This document shows, piece by piece, positions 1 to 9,947 of a DNA stretch of 29,715 nt. The position numbers were made by a program, and so were the translations under genes. This stretch comes from Thermodesulfobacteriota bacterium (GTDB lineage Bacteria; Desulfobacterota; WTBG01; JAXHUS01), in the NCBI GenBank assembly GCA_034189305.1, contig JAXHUS010000343.1, positions 1 to 29,715 on the forward strand, written 5' to 3'. Positions within the stretch are counted from its first letter, which is position 1, and each line of letters starts with the position of its first letter. A model generated the notes under the pieces. That model did not search any database and was not told the origin of the DNA. It was given only the letters and a program-made list of their open reading frames with translations.

Positions 1-116
1 GTGGCGAAGACCCAGATGTCGGCCTGGCACATCCTGGGCAGCAGCACCTGCATATCGTCCTGCTGCCAGCACCGGCCCGGCGTCTTCAGCCAGCACACGA
101 AGTCGCCACGGCACGG
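1..116 (-). other. GC-rich fragment of an iron-sulfur flavoprotein / NADPH-dependent FMN reductase (flavodoxin-like) gene, fused in frame to the PKS; probable chimeric end
   Basis: Minus-strand translation PCRGDFVCWLKTPGRCWQQDDMQVLLPRMCQADIWVFA(T) fits the Cys-x2-(Cys/Asp)-x2-Cys-x5-7-Cys...DDM...AD..VFATP pattern of that family. Hand count gives 78/116 G+C (67%) versus 16/60 (27%) at 121-180. Confidence 0.75.
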
Positions 117-3100
117 GAATTTTTCAAGAACATAATTTGTAACCTTATTCTTTTTATCCCCTGTTACAATAACAGGAAATTCAGGAGGTAGGGGCACGGA
201 TAGCGAGTCAAGGGGTATTTCTTTTGTATCCAGGACGTATCTTTTAATTTCCGGTAAGGCAACTGCTTCACCAGGGGCATCTTTTTTGTCCTGGTGTGAG
301 GCTTTATTATCGGCTGTACGACTTTGATTAAGTTCTGTTTCCGGCAGATCCGACCCCGCCTCCTTTGATAACCAGTTTATCATGCCTCCAAGAGTTTTTA
401 TCTTTGAGGCCTGCTCCATGTCTAAATCAAAACTATCCCCCATCTTTTCTTCAAGTACCTGTCTTAAATGTCCTAAAATCTCAATCTTCTTTATGGAGTC
501 AATGCCGAGATCCGCCTCCATATCCAGATCAATGTTCAACATTTCCAGGGGATAACCGGTACGTTCTTCTACAATTGCAAGCAGACGCTCAGAAATTTCC
601 TTATGGTTTAATATAACTTCATCCTCTGGAGCAATACATTTCGCTTCCGTCTTTTTATCCGGTATGACCTCCCCGGCGGATGATTTTAGCTGTGAAATTA
701 TATCCCTGAGGGTAGTACTTTTTGAAAGGCTTTCCATCTCCGGATTGACAGAATCTATTCCACTTTTTGCAATTTCGTCTTTAAAGGTTCCGATAATCTC
801 TATTTTTTTGATGGAATCGATACCCAGATCTGCTTCTAAATTAAGATCCAAATCCAGCATTTCAGCAGGATACCCGGTTCGCTCACTAACTATACTTAAG
901 AATCTTGACTCTATATCATAAAGGTTATCTGTTTCCCTCTCTTTAGTTGATACCTCTTCTGAAACAGGAGGCATTGCCTTTCGGTCCGAAGCAGATGACG
1001 GGAAAGTTTCCGCCTGAAGATTAGGATTAAAATTAATAGTTGCAGATTTTGCTAATTCTTCTCTGGTTATGGATTCTTCTTTCCTGGGAGAAATTGTAGC
1101 TGAATCAGATACAACACTTTTCCTTTCCATGTTTTCGCCGCTCAATACAGGAGGACTTACGGTCTGTCCCTGCAGGTAGGCAAGCATTACATTTTTTTGC
1201 GTATCTAAAAACTGGCTCATTAATTTCTGAAACTGAATGATAACCTTTTCATCAGATGGGGATTGAAATTCATTCGATGGTTTTTCTTTTGCCGTAAATT
1301 GTTCCATTTTCTCCTCAAAAATGTCTTCAATATAATTATTTTTTACATCAGTAAGAGGCATTCCTTCGTGAGTTTCCTTCCTGTATTCGGCAGAATCTGC
1401 AAAACAGATTGGACGGGGTGAAAAATTTTCCCTGGAATTTTTATCTAAAGGTTGTATTCCTGAGCCATTTAATAAACATATTGTTTTTGAGGCTTCTTTA
1501 TGATTTGTATCTAAAGCCAGGCTTTCCAGCCTGAGTTTTTTGCATTGTCTATAACGGTATAGGGGTTCCATATCCATCTCAACACCTGAAGCAGCAAGTT
1601 GAGCAACTGTATGTTGCAACTGGACAAGGGCGGAACTACCCTTTCTATCAGTATAAATGGTAGTGTGGGGTTTTTTGCTTAAAATCCTGTCTATAAGCTT
1701 ACTTAGTATATTGCCGGCGCCAACTTCAATAAAAATCCTTGCCCCTGCATCATATATTGCTTCAATCTCCTCTACAAACCGGACAGGACTTACAAGTTGT
1801 CTGACAAGAAGATCGTAAACGGCTTCTTTACCTTCAGGATAGGGGGCTGCCGTTACATTAGAAAATACAGGTATAACCGGTTTTTTAAAATCGAAACTTC
1901 TGATAAATTTTTGTAGTTTCTGTTGAGCGCCCGACACAATCGGGCTGTGAAAGGCACAGGCCACAGCTACCGGGACGGAAGTTATCCCTTCTTCCTTTAA
2001 TCGTTCCATTGCCTTTTCAACAGAAATATTTGTACCGGTGATAACTGTCTGGAGCGGTGAATTGAGATTGGCAATCCATACATTATCAATGTTTCCTATT
2101 ACATTTTTAACTTCATCTTCTCCTGCCTTAACTGCCGCCATTGTTCCGGGTTCCGATCCGGCCGCCTCCAGAATAAATCTGCCCCTGGCCTCCGAAAGAA
2201 GAGCCAGTGCTTCTTTAGAAAAAACTCCGGCAGCATGCAGAGCAACATATTCTCCATAACTATGTCCCGCCACCATATCCGGTTTTACCCCAAGACGCAC
2301 AAGGAGTTTATGCACGGCCAGGTCCGCCGCTCCCATGGATGCCTGGGCTATATTTGTCCGGATAAGTTCTCTGTCAACTTCTTTTCTTTCCTCTTGCGAA
2401 AAAGAAGGGGGTGGATAAATATATCTGCTTAGGGGTAACGGCAATATCTCATTTAGAAAGCCGTCAAATTCCTCAAATACTTCTCGTACCTGGTCAAAGT
2501 TGACAGACAGATCATTAAGCATTCCAACATATTGTGAGCCCTGGCCAGGATATAGAAAGGCAAGCCTGCCCCTTTTTGCGTCAGAGGTTTCTTTATAATA
2601 GATTCCGTCACCGGTCCAGATCTCTTTTTTCTCTGCATCAGCCAGGTCAGCCTTTGCCGTTATCAGTTTCTTATTTAGATCATCCAGGGAATCCGCCACA
2701 ACTGCAAGGCAATATGTCGGCACTTTTTTATCAATAGAGGTAAGGCTGAATGCCAAATCTTTTAAAGAGGGTTTTGCACCGTTTTTCAATGCCTTTTGCA
2801 GGTTTTCCATTGCTTTTATAATGTCGGGCTTTGATTCTCCTTTAAAAATAAATACTTCGGAAGGCCACTGGTTGATAGTATATAAAGAATTTCTTTCCTG
2901 GAAGGGATCGATATATTCTTCCAGAACCGTGTGAAAATTTGTTCCGCCAAAACCAAAAGCACTCACACCCGCCCTGCGTGGATGATTATTATTAATCCAG
3001 GGCCTTGTTTCCGTATTTACATATAATGGACTTAAAGGTTTATTGATTTCAGAATTTGGTGTTTCTACACCAAGGGTAGGGGGTAGTACCCGGTTATACA

Positions 3101-6100
3101 AAGCCAGTACCGTCTTTATAAGACCTGCAATGCCGGCTGCACATTTTGTATGACCGATCACTGATTTTACCGATCCCAGGGCACAACTTTTAGGAAGCAT
3201 GGGAGTTTCGGAAAAAAATTTATTGAGGCTGAAGGATTCCGTTTTATCCCCTGCAGTGGTGCCTGTACCGTGAGCTTCTATCAATCCGATGGTTTCAGGA
3301 TCAATGTCAGCATTTTCATAGGCCCGTTGTAAAACCAGAACCTGCCCTTCAGGTCTGGGGGCAACCAACCCTTTTGCCTTACCGTCGCTTGATGAGGAAA
3401 TTCCTTTAATTACAGCATAAATTCTATCTCCATCCCTTACGGCATCTTGAAGTCTTTTAATGATTATGGCTGCTACTCCTTCGGCTAAAACTATTCCGTC
3501 AGCTTTTTCATCAAAGGGATGACATTTACCGGAAGGGGAAAGGGTTCCCGTTTTACTGAAGCAGGTATAAACATAAGGGCTCATAAGGGTATCAGCTCCG
3601 CCCACGATTACCATATCGGCTTCTTTAACCTTAAGTTCCAGAATTCCTGCCCGCAATGCTGCCAGTGAAGATGCACATGCTGCATCAACTGAATAATTTG
3701 AACCTCCTAAATCAAAACGATTGGCAATTCTTCCCGCTGCAACATTCATAAGGACTCCGGGAAAAGAGTCTCCAGTCCACTGAGGAACAGCAGTTCCAAG
3801 CTCCGAGAGAATTTCTCCCGAGCTTTCCCCAAAAAAATAAGGTAATGCCGAACGAAAGCTATAAAGTTGAGCCAGATCAGCTTCTCCCCCCCCCGCACCA
3901 ATAACTACCGCAGCCCTTTTACGGTTAAAGGGACGGGTTAGATAGCCTGAGTCTGCCAAAGCCGAATGTACACTTTTTAAAACAAGCAACTGCAAAGGTT
4001 CTATGTAATCTAAAGTATTGGGCGGGATGCCATATTCAGATGGATCAAAGGTAATATCAGGAATAAACCCGCCCCATTTTGAATTAATTTTATCCTTTGT
4101 CTTATAGTCAGGGTCATAATAAAGTTTCCAGTCCCATCTTTTTTGCGGAATTTCCTCAATGGCACTGACTTTTTCCGTAATATTATGCCAGTATGTCTGG
4201 AGATCCGGCGATTTGGGGAAAATACATGCCATACCGATTATGGCAATATCAACTGGCTCACTTTTGCCTTGTATATTTTTGGTACTATTTTTCTGGTTTA
4301 TATGAAGGTTTTGTAGTCTTTCAGAACTTTTTACAGTGATGTTATGATGCAGTTCTCTCATGGAAAGGATTTTATCCTGTAAGGCTGCCACCTGTCCTAT
4401 CATATAAAGCCCTTCTTTTTGTTGCTCCGTTTCTTCTATCGTTATATATTCTTTATCTTTGGACTCGCCTTTTTCTTCCATATAATGGGGATTTCTTTTA
4501 ATTCCTTTCGTAGCTATTTGAAGCCTTCCAAGGTTCATTCTTTCTAATGTTTCTCGAATTTCATCCCCTGTTTTTCCTTGCCTTTGTAATTTTGATTTTT
4601 CCCCTTCAAAATAGTCTACATATGGACTATTTATACAACGGACAGCGTGGCCCGGACCTGAAGAAATCAGCACAGTTCTTTTGCATTCAATGGCCTTTTT
4701 CTGAAAATTATCCGATATTGCCATGGATTTTACTGCTTCTTTTGTAAATAAGTAAGCGGTTCCTATCAAAATACCCACCTGGATTCCCTTTTGGGCCAGT
4801 GTAGCAGCCAGTGCCCCAACCATAGAGGCGGAAAGGGCGTCATGTATACCCCCTGCAAAGAGAATTTTATACGACTCCGTATCGTTCTCTTTTGAGATGT
4901 GTTCTAAAAGAACTTCAATGGCAGTCTCCCACAAAATAAAGCTGGATAACGGCCCTACATGCCCGCCACATTCACGTCCTTCAAAAATGAACCGTTTGCC
5001 TCCACTCTTAAGGAACATTTTTAAAAGAGGTGCAGATGGAACATGAATATAACTGATAATACCGTTATCCTCGAAATATTGAGCCTGTTTCGGCAATCCT
5101 CCGGCAATTATGACAAAGGGCGGGCGATAGCGAAGTATAGCTTTTTGTTGCTCATCTTTAATCTCCTGGGGGGCAAAACCTAAAATTCCAACTCCCCATG
5201 GATAACCTGATAAAACATGCCGAGCGTCTTTTAATAAATTTGTTAACTTCTCCTGAACCATCAAACCAAGGGCAAAAAACGGTAGGGCTCCGTTTTTAGC
5301 AACTTCAAAAGCAAAATTGGCATTATCACTCACCCGGCTCATAGGCCCCTGAACAATAGGAAAGGAAGTGCTGTGAAATTCTGCAATTGGAGAATTTTCT
5401 CTGAAGAGATCCTGCTTCCCCGCAAGCCGGCTGTGCTGCTGTATGGCCTCTGTAAGCCCTTTAAGCACACCTCCTACAGTATGAAATTTATGGGCCAAAC
5501 TTGATGCAAGAATTGTATCCTGCCCCAAAAAAAGCAGGTTATCTTCCCAGGAATTCCATCCGGCCAGATCAGATAATGTTTTATGCCACTTTTTTATATT
5601 TGTATCTGATAGGCCGCTCTCAATAAGTTTTTCCTCTTCTTTTTGAATCTTTTCAATTAAATGAATATTCTGTTTATTATAAACCCTGTAAAGTTCGCCC
5701 AATTTATTTCCTGTACAATCCGTTTCACTGCCATCCATAAGCGCAATTCTTGTCTTTATTTGATCAGGCAGGGGAGATTCCCTGGTCAGTAAGAGCTGTG
5801 AATCCAGAACTACTCCGGATGCTCCCGCTGCATAACAGGCTGAGGCGGTATGCAAACCTATTCCCCCCTGTACCCAGACAGGGAGTGTGAGGTCAGCTAA
5901 AAACCGCTGCAGTAAAATAAAAGCCGTCTCATTGCTTACCCAGCCTCCCGCCTCATTCCCTTTGGCAATTACTCCGTCAATTCCTAGATCTTCCCCCTTT
6001 TTTGCCTGTTTAAGACAGGTAGTTTCTAAAATTATCCTGTACTTTTGTTTCTGAAGAATTTTTACCAATGTATATAGATTTTTTATATTCTTGGCAGGCA

Positions 6101-6356
6101 ATACAAAAAATTTAAGGCCCGGGGGCGGAGTGCTGATAATTTCCCTTATCAGATCCGGTGAATAGATATCCACTTTTATTCCAAAGTCCTCTTCACTGTA
6201 CTTCCCAAGCTTAAAAATTGCATCAAGGGCAACATTTCTATTGTTGACATATTCCAGATCTAATATTCCTATTGCTCCGTTCTTTGCCGCTGCATTAACC
6301 ATTGCCGGTGAAGGTAGACAAAAAGGGGTAATAATTAAAGTTTGAAAATTTTTCAA
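117..6356 (-). CDS. Type I iterative FAS/PKS (Pfa/Ars-like): ER-like x2 - KS - AT - ACP - ACP - start of probable KR region; 3' partial, about 2,080 aa visible
   Basis: Absent from the ORF track because there is no stop in the window. TTG start at 6354-6356 follows an AGGGAGG RBS. The motifs I indexed lie in one frame: FabK-like EAGGW (5940) and ECGGH (4959), KS Cys in SVDAACASS (3675), ACP LGIDSIKK serines at 813 and 495. Also read: KS EAHGTGT and KSVIGHTK; AT PGQGSQ, GHSYG and AFHS. Confidence 0.93.
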
Positions 6357-6398
6357 TATAGAACCTCCCTTTTTAATAGTTTAATTCTTTTTCCATTG

Positions 6399-6416
6399 TG
6401 CAAAAGTAATGCCAAC
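6399..6416 (-). promoter_or_regulatory. Sigma-54 (-24/-12) promoter for the PKS
   Basis: Minus strand reads GTTGGCATTACTTTTGCA, with canonical GG-N10-GC spacing, about 43 bp upstream of the TTG start. The 17-bp core is identical to that at 9249-9265. Confidence 0.85.
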
Positions 6417-6487
6417 CATAAATAAATATGTAACCAATTGAAAATAAAGTAAAAATTAAATTTTTTATACTGATCATTTTTTCCTGC

Positions 6488-6503
6488 TGGAGATTTTTAG
6501 CCA
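6488..6503. promoter_or_regulatory. Putative enhancer (bEBP) site, TGG-N10-CCA
   Basis: TGGAGATTTTTAGCCA; 15/16 identical to 9340-9355 and at an equivalent distance (88 vs 91 bp) from the sigma-54 box. Confidence 0.65.
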
Positions 6504-6603
6504 ATACTTTAAAAAATATCTTTCATAATCCAAATTATAAGTATTTATAACTGTCATACATATCCAAATTTAGATAAAGGATGCCGTCCTCTTATTTGTT
6601 ATC

Positions 6604-6619
6604 AGGCTAAATTTAACCA
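6604..6619. promoter_or_regulatory. Putative enhancer (bEBP) site overlapping the stop codon of the CLF-like gene
   Basis: AGGCTAAATTTAACCA; 14/16 match to the perfect palindrome at 9449-9464; offset from the sigma-54 box is 204 vs 200 bp. Confidence 0.6.
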
Positions 6620-7902
6620 TTAATAATTAAAGCGCTGTTTTGTCCGCCAATTCCCTGATTTATTGCCATGAACGTACTACATTTATATTTTCGGGAATAA
6701 TTTGGGACATAGTCCAGATTACATTCGGGATCTGGATTTTCATAATTTATTGTCGGAAGAATTATCCCTTTTTTTAAGGAATACAGAGAAATTATCGTCT
6801 CAATTGCTCCTGAGGCACATCCGGTATGACCAAGGGAACCTTTTAGAGAACTCATGGGAATTTTATAAGCATGCCTGCCAAAGACATTTTTTACAGCAAT
6901 GCTCTCAATCCTGTCATTTTTTATAGTTCCTATACCGTCAGCATTAATGTAGTCAATTTTTTCCCGTGAAATGCCGGCATTTTCGATTGCTCTTTCCATG
7001 GCCCTTATCAAGCCGAACCCTAAAGGACATGGCTCAAACAGATGGTAAGCGCTTGCAGCATTTCCATATCCAATTATTTCACCATAAATTTTTGCATTCC
7101 TTGCCTTTGCATGTTCAAGTTCCTCTATTACTAAAAAACCGGCCCCTTCACTTGCCACCAGACCATCTCGATAGAGATCGAACGGACGGCAGGCTCTATT
7201 TGGGTTTTGTGAAAGGGAGGCCATATTAAGACTATAAAAAGTGAAAATGGTATTTGGAAAAATCAGGGAATCATATCCACCTGCCAATATTATATCGGCA
7301 TCACCCCTCCCAATACATCTAAAAGCCCTCCCTATGGCATCAGCGCCGCCTGTATAAGTATTTACTATATTATAATTTTCTCCTTTTATATTATATTTTG
7401 AAGATAAATAATATATTGCATTATTAGGTAACATTTTTAAAAGAAAAAGAGGATGAACAGAGTTTTGACCGTTCTCGCCAAATTTTCTGGATTTAAATTT
7501 CTGAAAATTATTATCCCATGCCTTTAATAAACCACAGGATATATCTTCAGAAAAAGGAGCCCCATCAAATCCCGAACCACCGGATCCGGTAATAACACCA
7601 AAGTATTCCGGTTTAACTTTTTTTGTTTCAAGTTCTGAATCTTCAATTGCCATTCTGGCAGCGGATAAAGCAAACTTAACATTGCGAAAAATAAGTTCCA
7701 GACAGAATTTGTCATCAATATATTTTTTGTGATTAAATTTATGAATTTCACCTGCAACTTTCACCGGATAGTCATTTGTATCAAAAAAGGTTATATTTTT
7801 TATCCCTGATTCTCCGTCAGCAATTTTTTGCCAATTTTCTAAAACTCCCTCTCCTAATGGGGAAACTATACCCAATCCTGTAATTACCGCTCTTCTAACC
7901 AT
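6613..7902 (-). CDS. FabF-like ketosynthase homologue lacking catalytic residues (chain-length-factor-like)
   Basis: FabF-like throughout (RRAVITGLG, RPFD..RDG, SEGAG, GHTG), but the active-site TAC(S/A) is replaced by NTYTGG (Cys->Tyr) and NAHGT by NADGIGT (His->Asp). Confidence 0.88.
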   Translation of the reverse strand: MVRRAVITGLGIVSPLGEGVLENWQKIADGESGIKNITFFDTNDYPVKVAGEIHKFNHKKYIDDKFCLELIFRNVKFALSAARMAIEDSELETKKVKPEYFGVITGSGGSGFDGAPFSEDISCGLLKAWDNNFQKFKSRKFGENGQNSVHPLFLLKMLPNNAIYYLSSKYNIKGENYNIVNTYTGGADAIGRAFRCIGRGDADIILAGGYDSLIFPNTIFTFYSLNMASLSQNPNRACRPFDLYRDGLVASEGAGFLVIEELEHAKARNAKIYGEIIGYGNAASAYHLFEPCPLGFGLIRAMERAIENAGISREKIDYINADGIGTIKNDRIESIAVKNVFGRHAYKIPMSSLKGSLGHTGCASGAIETIISLYSLKKGIILPTINYENPDPECNLDYVPNYSRKYKCSTFMAINQGIGGQNSALIING

Positions 7903-7920
7903 AACTTCCCCTTTGTTATT

Positions 7921-9204
7921 TCAATTTGTATATCTTTCAATTATTATACTGTTATTTTGTCCTCCAAAGGCAAAAGAATTGGAAAGGATAGCGTTCATTT
8001 CCCTTTCAGCCGCAAAATTAGAAACATGGTTTAAATCACAAAAGGGATCAGGCATTTCAAGGTTTATTGTTGGAGGAACAATATTGTTTATGAGTGTTTC
8101 AACACTCATAATAAGCTCTACTCCCGCTGCTCCGGCAATTAAATGACCTATCATGGATTTATTCGAGCTAATAAGCACCTCATAAGCTTTTTTACCAAAT
8201 ACCTTTTTTATAGCAGAAGTCTCGCTTCTATCATTTATCAACGTTGAGGTGCCATGAGCATTAATATAGTCAATATCATCGGGAGTTTTCCTTGCGTCTT
8301 CCAGAGCCTTTTTTATGGAAATATCAAGACCACTCCCATCAGGGCTACAATCAGCTATTCTGTATGCGTTTGAAGAAGTACCGAATCCAGTAAGTTCCGC
8401 TAAAATATTGGCTTTTCTTCTTCTGGCATGGGTTAATTCTTCAATGACGACTATTCCCGCCCCTTCACCGATTACAAAACCATCTCTATTTAAATCAAAT
8501 GGTCTGCTTGCCTTCTTTGGTTCCTTGTTGTTCTTTGATAAAGCGCCAAGAAGGCTTAATCCCGTATATGCGAACTCATTTATAAGGGAATCGCCTCCGC
8601 CTGCAAGCATTATATCTGCATCGCCAGATTCAATAGTCCTCATTGCAATACCTATAGCATGTCCACTTGATGAACATGCAGTAACTGATGTATAATTGGG
8701 ACCTCTGGCATTATAGATAGTTGACAGCATTGTAGATGGTATGTTTGCACTCCGTCTTAACGGCCAGATCCTTCCTAAAAAATTTGAATCATCAAAATAA
8801 TGCCTGCCGGTTATAAGGGAATCATAAATTTTTTCCTCTCCAAACACCTCCTCGAACTGGGAAATAGAAATATACTCTTCTCCGGTTCCTAATGAGATTC
8901 CAAATTTAAATGGATCGATTATGTCTATATCAATCCCTGATGAAAATATAGCCTCTTTTGCAGCAGCAGTTATAAAGAAACATGCTCTGCTCATAAAATT
9001 CTGTTTTGCTCCAAAATCTTTAAATACTGAAAAATCAAAGTTTTTTACTTCTGCTGCTATTTTAGTCTTAAAGGTGGAGGCATCGAAAAGGGAAACAATA
9101 TCCACACCGGAAGTACCCGAAATTAGCGCCTCCCAGCTGTCTTTCACATTGAGTCCTAAAGGTGTAACAGCCCCCATTCCAGTTATTACTGTTCTTCTTT
9201 TCAT
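7921..9204 (-). CDS. fabF: Beta-ketoacyl-ACP synthase II-like, catalytically intact KS
   Basis: Cys-His-His triad present: TACSSSG, INAHGTST, KSMIGH; C-terminal SNSFAFGGQN. Confidence 0.92.
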   Translation of the reverse strand: MKRRTVITGMGAVTPLGLNVKDSWEALISGTSGVDIVSLFDASTFKTKIAAEVKNFDFSVFKDFGAKQNFMSRACFFITAAAKEAIFSSGIDIDIIDPFKFGISLGTGEEYISISQFEEVFGEEKIYDSLITGRHYFDDSNFLGRIWPLRRSANIPSTMLSTIYNARGPNYTSVTACSSSGHAIGIAMRTIESGDADIMLAGGGDSLINEFAYTGLSLLGALSKNNKEPKKASRPFDLNRDGFVIGEGAGIVVIEELTHARRRKANILAELTGFGTSSNAYRIADCSPDGSGLDISIKKALEDARKTPDDIDYINAHGTSTLINDRSETSAIKKVFGKKAYEVLISSNKSMIGHLIAGAAGVELIMSVETLINNIVPPTINLEMPDPFCDLNHVSNFAAEREMNAILSNSFAFGGQNNSIIIERYTN

Positions 9205-9247
9205 TTTTGTTTTTATTATTGTTTAAATTTAATCGAAGTTAAGGTAA

Positions 9248-9265
9248 AGCAAAAGTAATGCCAAC
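9248..9265 (-). promoter_or_regulatory. Sigma-54 (-24/-12) promoter for the KS/CLF pair
   Basis: Minus strand reads GTTGGCATTACTTTTGCT, 44 bp upstream of the fabF-like ATG; identical 17-bp core to 6400-6416. Confidence 0.85.
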
Positions 9266-9339
9266 TAACAATAAAGATACAAACTGTTGTAAATAAATAG
9301 AATATCTTGTATTTTTGCATATTGCGGTTCATTATCCAT

Positions 9340-9464
9340 TGGAGACTTTTAGCCAGAAATTAATTAAAAGCCTTTAAAAACGCAAAATTTATAATATCTG
9401 TCAATTGATTGGTTAGATTTGGCCAGGAGAATGCAAATCTTTTATGTTTGGTTAAATTTAACCA
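9340..9464. promoter_or_regulatory. Three TGG-N10-CCA putative enhancer sites (9340-9355, 9410-9425, 9449-9464)
   Basis: TGGAGACTTTTAGCCA, TGGTTAGATTTGGCCA and the perfect palindrome TGGTTAAATTTAACCA, upstream of the sigma-54 box. Confidence 0.65.
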
Positions 9465-9646
9465 AAATTATTCTATTACCCGGCCTCATAAATTTTGTAC
9501 ATATAATGGCAAATTAATATGTTTTAAGGGGCCAGTTTTTTAATTTCTATCTTCCTATTATTGAATAATCCGCAAGATTTTTTATAACTACGCATTCTGT
9601 TTTAAAAGACGGTTTAATATATATCTAATAAATATAATTTAATTAC

Positions 9647-9675
9647 TTGACAAAAAAAATATATATCATTAACAT
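9647..9675 (+). promoter_or_regulatory. Sigma-70-type promoter upstream of sat
   Basis: Perfect TTGACA (9647-9652), a 17-bp spacer, then TAACAT (9670-9675). Confidence 0.55.
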
Positions 9676-9697
9676 AATGAATGAGCAATCATTCATT
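9676..9697. promoter_or_regulatory. Palindromic operator (TetR-family-like)
   Basis: AATGAATGA-GCAA-TCATTCATT: perfect 9-bp inverted repeat immediately downstream of the predicted -10. Confidence 0.65.
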
Positions 9698-9947
9698 GGC
9701 TGAAAAAAATAAATCTTCTTTAAAAACATTTTTTCTTATACAATATGATTAGTTAAAATATCCCAAGGAAAACATTCTAAAATTTGTTTGGTTTATTTAC
9801 ACATTAAAAAACAATAAGAAATTGAAGTAAAATTCATTAATAAGAAAGGAGGATGCACAAAGTAAAGTAATATAAAGAGAAGATTAGAAAAGGTTGAAAA
9901 AGAATTAAGTTTATGCAAATATTTAACAGAAAAAAAGGAGGCTTATA

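Noticed and set aside
365-4747. Short ORF-track entries over the first 6 kb
   Set aside because: They are antisense or off-frame shadows of the long minus-strand PKS frame, which carries all recognisable motifs.
9844-9870. AAAGGAGG followed by ATG CAC AAA GTA AAG TAA (MHKVK) in the sat leader
   Set aside because: The ATG directly abuts the SD with no spacer, so initiation is unlikely; nothing else supports a leader peptide.
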